DNA of 24,000 bases from an uncultured Streptobacillus sp. Its GTDB lineage: Bacteria > Fusobacteriota > Fusobacteriia > Fusobacteriales > Leptotrichiaceae. The stretch spans positions 175,087-199,086 of the forward strand of contig CAUTJT010000002.1 in assembly GCA_963539215.1 (NCBI GenBank), in the 5' to 3' direction. The number at the start of each line of letters is the position of its first letter. Positions within the stretch are counted from its first letter, which is position 1. The notes below the pieces were generated by a model. That model did not search any database and had not been told where the DNA came from. It saw only the letters and a list, made by a program, of their open reading frames with translations. The translations under genes and the position numbers were made by a program. Shown piece after piece: positions 19,837 to 24,000 of this stretch.

Positions 19837-20937
19837 CTATAAACTAATATTTTCTTCAGTATTAATATCAAATATATGACATTTGCTCGTATCAAAGTGG
19901 AATCTTTCATTCCCCTTCTTGCTTCCATCACTTATTCCTTCAACATTTATTCTTGAAATAAATTGATTTCCACCTAACATAAAGTATATATATTCCTCAT
20001 TACCCATTTGCTCAACTACAGATACATCTCCTAACAATGCATCTCCATCTTCTTTTTCTGCTACAGTAATATTTTCTGGTCTTATACCAAATACTACTCT
20101 TTGTCCTATATGATCTTTAACTTTTTCCGCTTTTTCTTTTGCTATTTTTATCTTAACCCCATTTATATCTACATAAACCTCTCCTGCTTCTTCTAAAAGA
20201 TTTCCTTCTAATAAATTCATAGTAGGTGATCCTATAAATCCTGCAACAAATTTATTAGCTGGTTTATGATATAGATTTAAAGGAGTGTCAACTTGCATTA
20301 TTCTTCCAAGTTTTAAAACTGTTATTCTATCTCCCATAGTCATAGCTTCTACTTGATCGTGTGTTACATATATCATTGTATTTTTTAATTCTTTATGTAA
20401 TTGTGTTATTCTTACACGCATTGACACTCTTAATTTCGCATCTAAATTTGATAATGGCTCATCAAATAAAAATACCTTCGGTTCTCTTACTATAGCACGT
20501 CCTAATGCTACCCTTTGTCTTTGTCCTCCTGACATTTCTTTTGGTTTTCTATCTAAAAGTTCTGTTATTTCTAACTTTTCTGCTGCTTCTCTTACTCTCT
20601 TATCGATTTCATCTTTTGGAGTTTTCTTTAACTTTAATCCAAAAGCCATATTTTCATATACTGTCATATGTGGGTATAATGCATAACTTTGGAAAACCAT
20701 AGCTATTCCTCTATCTTTAGGAGGTATATCATTTACTAATGTATCTCCTATATATATTTCTCCTCCTGTTATATCTTCAAGCCCTGCTATCATTCTTAAT
20801 GTTGTAGATTTTGCACATCCTGATGGTCCTACAAATACCATAAATTCCCCATCTTTAATTTCTAAATCTATTCCATGTACTGCCTTGAATCCATTCGGAT
20901 ATTGTTTCTCTACACCCTTTAATACAACTTTTGCCAT
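19837..20937 (-). CDS. Sugar ABC transporter ATP-binding protein (MalK/MsiK/MsmK/UgpC type), unlinked to permeases
   Basis: 366 aa. Walker A is GPSGCAKST, the Q-loop is VFQSYALYP, the signature is MSGGQRQR, Walker B is [12 protein letters not shown], and the H-loop is YVTHDQ. There is a MalK-like C-terminal regulatory/TOBE domain. SD GGAGGAG lies 8 nt upstream. Confidence 0.93.
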   Translation of the reverse strand: MAKVVLKGVEKQYPNGFKAVHGIDLEIKDGEFMVFVGPSGCAKSTTLRMIAGLEDITGGEIYIGDTLVNDIPPKDRGIAMVFQSYALYPHMTVYENMAFGLKLKKTPKDEIDKRVREAAEKLEITELLDRKPKEMSGGQRQRVALGRAIVREPKVFLFDEPLSNLDAKLRVSMRVRITQLHKELKNTMIYVTHDQVEAMTMGDRITVLKLGRIMQVDTPLNLYHKPANKFVAGFIGSPTMNLLEGNLLEEAGEVYVDINGVKIKIAKEKAEKVKDHIGQRVVFGIRPENITVAEKEDGDALLGDVSVVEQMGNEEYIYFMLGGNQFISRINVEGISDGSKKGNERFHFDTSKCHIFDINTEENISL

Positions 20938-21126
20938 ATTTTTATCTCCTCCATGTATAAATCTCTCTTCATCTTATAATACAGTATAGCTTCATTTTTC
21001 ATAAAGTCTATTATTTTATATTTTTTACTAAAATTTATAAACATTGAAATATAAAATACCACCTCATACTGAAAATTAAAATTTTTTCACATTTTAAACT
21101 TTACATTCCAATTTAAACTATATTAT

Positions 21127-21156
21127 TTGATATTAGAAGTCAATTTATGGTATAAT
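21127..21156 (+). promoter_or_regulatory. Sigma70 promoter of alaS with extended -10
   Basis: -35 TTGATA (21127..21132), an 18-nt spacer, then TGgTATAAT (21148..21156). This leaves a leader of only about 36 nt before the ATG. Confidence 0.6.
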
Positions 21157-21198
21157 CATACATATTAAAAAACAAAAAATATATATAAGGTGGTAAAA

Positions 21199-23796
21199 AT
21201 GACTGGAAATGAACTTAGAAAAAGTTTCGTTGATTTTTTTAAAACTAAAAAGCATAAACATTTTGAAAGTGCATCATTAATACCTGATGATAAAACACTT
21301 TTATTAACAGTAGCTGGTATGGTACCATTTAAACCTTTTTTCCTAGGAGAAAAAAAAGCACCATATAACAGAATAACTACATATCAAAAATGTATAAGAA
21401 CTAATGACTTAGAAAATGTTGGAGTAACTCCACGTCACCATACTTTCTTTGAAATGTTAGGAAATTTCTCTTTTGGTGACTATTTCAAAAAGGAAGCAAT
21501 AGCTTGGTCTTGGGAATATATTACTACAATATTAAAATTAGACCCTAAAAGACTTTATGTTTCTGTTTATTTAACGGATGATGAAGCATATAACATATGG
21601 GTTAATGAAATAGGAATACCTGAAGATCATATGGTTAGATTAGGCGATGATGATAACTGGTGGGCTGCTGGTCCAATTGGTTCTTGTGGTCCTTGTAGCG
21701 AAATATATTATGATACATTAAATATGGGTCCTAATAACGAAGAAATTAATTCAAAACCAGGAGATGAAGGTAATAGATTTTTAGAAATATGGAATTTAGT
21801 ATTTACTGAATGGAATAGATTAGAAGATGGATCTCTTATCCCACTTCCTGAAAAAAATATTGATACAGGTGCAGGACTTGAAAGAATAGCTTCTGTTGTA
21901 CAAAATAAAGATAATAACTTTGAAACAGATTTATTCACACCTATAACTAAAAAAATAAATGAAATATTAGAAATTAAATCTGAGAAAACAAAAACTGCTG
22001 TTAAAATAATAGCCGATCATCTTAGAGCAGCTACATTCTTAATTTGTGATGGAGTTCTTCCGTCTAATGAAGGACGTGGATACATACTTAAAAAACTAAT
22101 AAGACGTGCATACGGTGCAGGTGCTTTAGAAAATCAAAAAATATTTAATAATTCTGAAACTTATTTATACAAAATAGTTGATACAATAATAGATAATATG
22201 AAAGAAGCTTATCCTGAACTTGAAGAAAAAAGAGAATATATAAAAAATATAGTTAAAAATGAAGAAGATAAATTCTCTAAAACTTTAAAAATTGGAACTG
22301 ATATACTATTTGAGGCTATTGAAAATGGAAAGGATAAAAAGATTTCATCTGATTTATCATTTAAACTTTATGATACTTATGGATTCCCTTTTGAATTCAC
22401 AAAACTTATAGCAGAAAGTAAAGGATTTAGTGTTGATGAGGAGGAATTTAATAAAAAATTAGATGAACAAGTTAAAAGATCTCAAAACTCAAGAAATACT
22501 GTTTCTGATATGATAAAAGATGAATTTATTGGTAAATTCTATGAAGAACATGGAAAAACTCATTTTATTGGTTATGATACTTTAAAATCTTATTCTAAAT
22601 TATTACATATAAAGGAAAATGAAGATAATTTATTTGAAGCTATATTTGAAGAAACACCTTTCTATGCAGAAAGTGGAGGACAAGTTTCTGATAAAGGTAT
22701 AATAAAAAATAAAAATGGTTTTGTTGGAGAAATAGTTAATATAGTTAAAAAATCTGATATATTCATACACTATTTCAAATTAATTGAGGGTAATATTCCT
22801 ACAGTTAATAGTGAAGTAAAATTAATAGTTGATGAACAACATAGACTAGAAGTTATGAAAAATCATACTGCAACTCACCTACTTCATAAAGCTTTAAGAG
22901 AAGTTCTAGGCAAGACTGTAGAACAAGCTGGATCTTTAGTAAATGCTGAAGGTTTACGTTTTGATTTTTCATACTATAATCAAATAACAGAAGATGAATT
23001 AAAGAAAATAGAAAGCATGGTAAATGATGCAATACTTAAAAATCTACCTGTGTTTATAAATTATGAAAATATAAATGAAGCTAAAGAACGTGGTGCTATG
23101 GCATTATTTAGCGATAAATATGGTGATATAGTAAGAGTCGTTGATATTTCTGATTATTCAGTAGAATTATGTGGAGGTACACATGTTAGATCTACTGGTG
23201 AAATCGGATTATTTAAAATTTTATCTGAACAAGGAAAAGCAAGTGGAGTAAGAAGAATAGAAGCTATTACAGGACACAAGAGTCTAGAATATGTTAATAA
23301 CCTAGAAAACTTGATTAATAATATATCTTCTAGCTTCAAAACTAGTCCTTCTAATGTTGAAACTGCAGTTTCTAAAGCACGTGAAGAACTTAAAGAAAAA
23401 GATAATTTAATAAAAGAATTACAATCAAAAATAGCTAAACTTGAGGTTTCAGAATTAGTTAATGAAGCATATACTGTTAACGGAGTAAAAGTATTAATTA
23501 AGAAATTTAAAAATAAATCAATAGATGAACTTAAAGAACTAATAGATATGGCTAAAGTAAATCTAGAATCAGCAGTTATATTATTTGCTTCAAGTAATGA
23601 TAATGCAATATTTGTTTCAGGTGTTACAAAAGACTTGACTAATAAATTTAATGCAGGAAACATAGTAAAACTTGCTTCTAGTTTAACAGATGGTAAAGGT
23701 GGAGGAAGACCTGACTTTGCACAAGCTGGAGGAAAAGATGTATCAAAAATTGACATAGCAATTAATGAAGTTAAAAAATATATTGAGGAGCAATAA
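21199..23796 (+). CDS. alaS: Alanine--tRNA ligase
   Basis: About 865 aa. Class II core motifs are RHHTFFEMLGNFSFGDYFK and GPCSEIYYD. The editing domain has HTATHLLH and CGGTH. The C-terminal DHHA1-type segment is GKGGGRPDFAQAGG. The track start at 21190 is a GTG within the SD AAGGTGG; the ATG at 21199 follows that SD by 5 nt, so I use 21199. Confidence 0.97.
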   Translation: MTGNELRKSFVDFFKTKKHKHFESASLIPDDKTLLLTVAGMVPFKPFFLGEKKAPYNRITTYQKCIRTNDLENVGVTPRHHTFFEMLGNFSFGDYFKKEAIAWSWEYITTILKLDPKRLYVSVYLTDDEAYNIWVNEIGIPEDHMVRLGDDDNWWAAGPIGSCGPCSEIYYDTLNMGPNNEEINSKPGDEGNRFLEIWNLVFTEWNRLEDGSLIPLPEKNIDTGAGLERIASVVQNKDNNFETDLFTPITKKINEILEIKSEKTKTAVKIIADHLRAATFLICDGVLPSNEGRGYILKKLIRRAYGAGALENQKIFNNSETYLYKIVDTIIDNMKEAYPELEEKREYIKNIVKNEEDKFSKTLKIGTDILFEAIENGKDKKISSDLSFKLYDTYGFPFEFTKLIAESKGFSVDEEEFNKKLDEQVKRSQNSRNTVSDMIKDEFIGKFYEEHGKTHFIGYDTLKSYSKLLHIKENEDNLFEAIFEETPFYAESGGQVSDKGIIKNKNGFVGEIVNIVKKSDIFIHYFKLIEGNIPTVNSEVKLIVDEQHRLEVMKNHTATHLLHKALREVLGKTVEQAGSLVNAEGLRFDFSYYNQITEDELKKIESMVNDAILKNLPVFINYENINEAKERGAMALFSDKYGDIVRVVDISDYSVELCGGTHVRSTGEIGLFKILSEQGKASGVRRIEAITGHKSLEYVNNLENLINNISSSFKTSPSNVETAVSKAREELKEKDNLIKELQSKIAKLEVSELVNEAYTVNGVKVLIKKFKNKSIDELKELIDMAKVNLESAVILFASSNDNAIFVSGVTKDLTNKFNAGNIVKLASSLTDGKGGGRPDFAQAGGKDVSKIDIAINEVKKYIEEQ

Positions 23797-23799
23797 TAA

Positions 23800-24000
23800 A
23801 TGAATATTTATTTAGGACTTGATATAGGTGATGTTAGAATAGGTGTCGCAAAATCTGATTCAATTGGTATGTTTGCATCAGCATACGAGGTTATAAACAG
23901 AAACCAAACTGACCCATTTGTAAGAATAAAAAAAATTATAAATGAAGAAAAAATAGCTGCTTTAGTTGTGGGACAACCTAAAACTAAAGATGGTCAAAAT
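23800..24000 (+). CDS. ruvX: Putative pre-16S rRNA nuclease / Holliday-junction-resolvase-like protein YqgF (5' partial, runs off the window)
   Basis: This ORF is not in the supplied track. My own translation from the ATG at 23800 is MNIYLGLDIGDVRIGVAKSDSIGMFASAYEVINRNQTDPFVRIKKIINEEKIAALVVGQPKTKDGQN. It has no stop codon up to the window end. LGLDxGxxRIGVAxSD and VVGxPxxxDG are YqgF hallmarks. SD GAGGAG lies 9 nt upstream. The alaS-ruvX linkage is common. Confidence 0.85.
   Translation, partial: MNIYLGLDIGDVRIGVAKSDSIGMFASAYEVINRNQTDPFVRIKKIINEEKIAALVVGQPKTKDGQN

Noticed and set aside
20505-20702. 65-aa plus-strand ORF inside the ABC ATPase gene
   Set aside because: It is an antisense shadow ORF with leucine-rich low complexity.
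20938-21198. T-box or riboswitch leader upstream of alaS
   Set aside because: A strong promoter at 21127..21156 leaves only about 36 nt of leader, which is too short for a T-box. No specifier or antiterminator structure is visible.
21708-21938. 76-aa minus-strand ORF inside alaS (also the 200-aa ORF at 23154..23756)
   Set aside because: Both are antisense to alaS, S/L-rich as is typical of the reverse frame of a K/E-rich gene, and have no start context.

Overview
This is a very AT-rich bacterial chromosomal segment (GC roughly a quarter, judged by eye) from a diderm organism. Gene content and style look Fusobacteriota-like, but that is inference only and cannot be verified here. Seventeen protein-coding genes are supported, and most deal with alpha-glucan or disaccharide catabolism. 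(i) A minus-strand operon runs LacI-family regulator, malQ (GH77), pulA (GH13 type I pullulanase), from 4353 to 74. It has a sigma70-like promoter and a LacI-type operator lying over the predicted start site. (ii) A monocistronic 752-aa outer-membrane beta-barrel gene has its own near-consensus promoter. (iii) An odd 287-292-aa ORF has an N-terminal ~190 aa that look like a cytoplasmic ribbon-helix-helix/WYL-type regulator. Its last 96 aa are a diverged copy of the C-terminus of the neighbouring barrel. (iv) A tightly packed ~10.1-kb minus-strand operon (18650 to 8535) encodes a GH2 beta-galactosidase, an EbgC-like YhcH protein, a sugar ABC binding protein, two permeases, a GH65 phosphorylase, a DMT/EamA permease and beta-phosphoglucomutase. 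It is divergent from a second LacI-family regulator, with a perfect 20-bp palindrome between them. (v) An orphan MsiK/MalK-type ABC ATPase follows. (vi) The window ends with housekeeping alaS and the 5' part of ruvX/yqgF; ruvX is absent from the ORF track because it runs off the window. I found no rRNA, tRNA, CRISPR, transposase/integrase or recognisable defence or toxin cassette. I do not see a clear-cut novel multi-gene system. The most unusual items are the barrel-tail chimera and duplication, the orphan RHH-WYL-like module, and the coupling of a beta-galactosidase pair with a GH65 phosphorylase/beta-PGM module in one operon. Several track ORFs are over-extended at the 5' end through TTG/GTG codons; I corrected these using Shine-Dalgarno placement.
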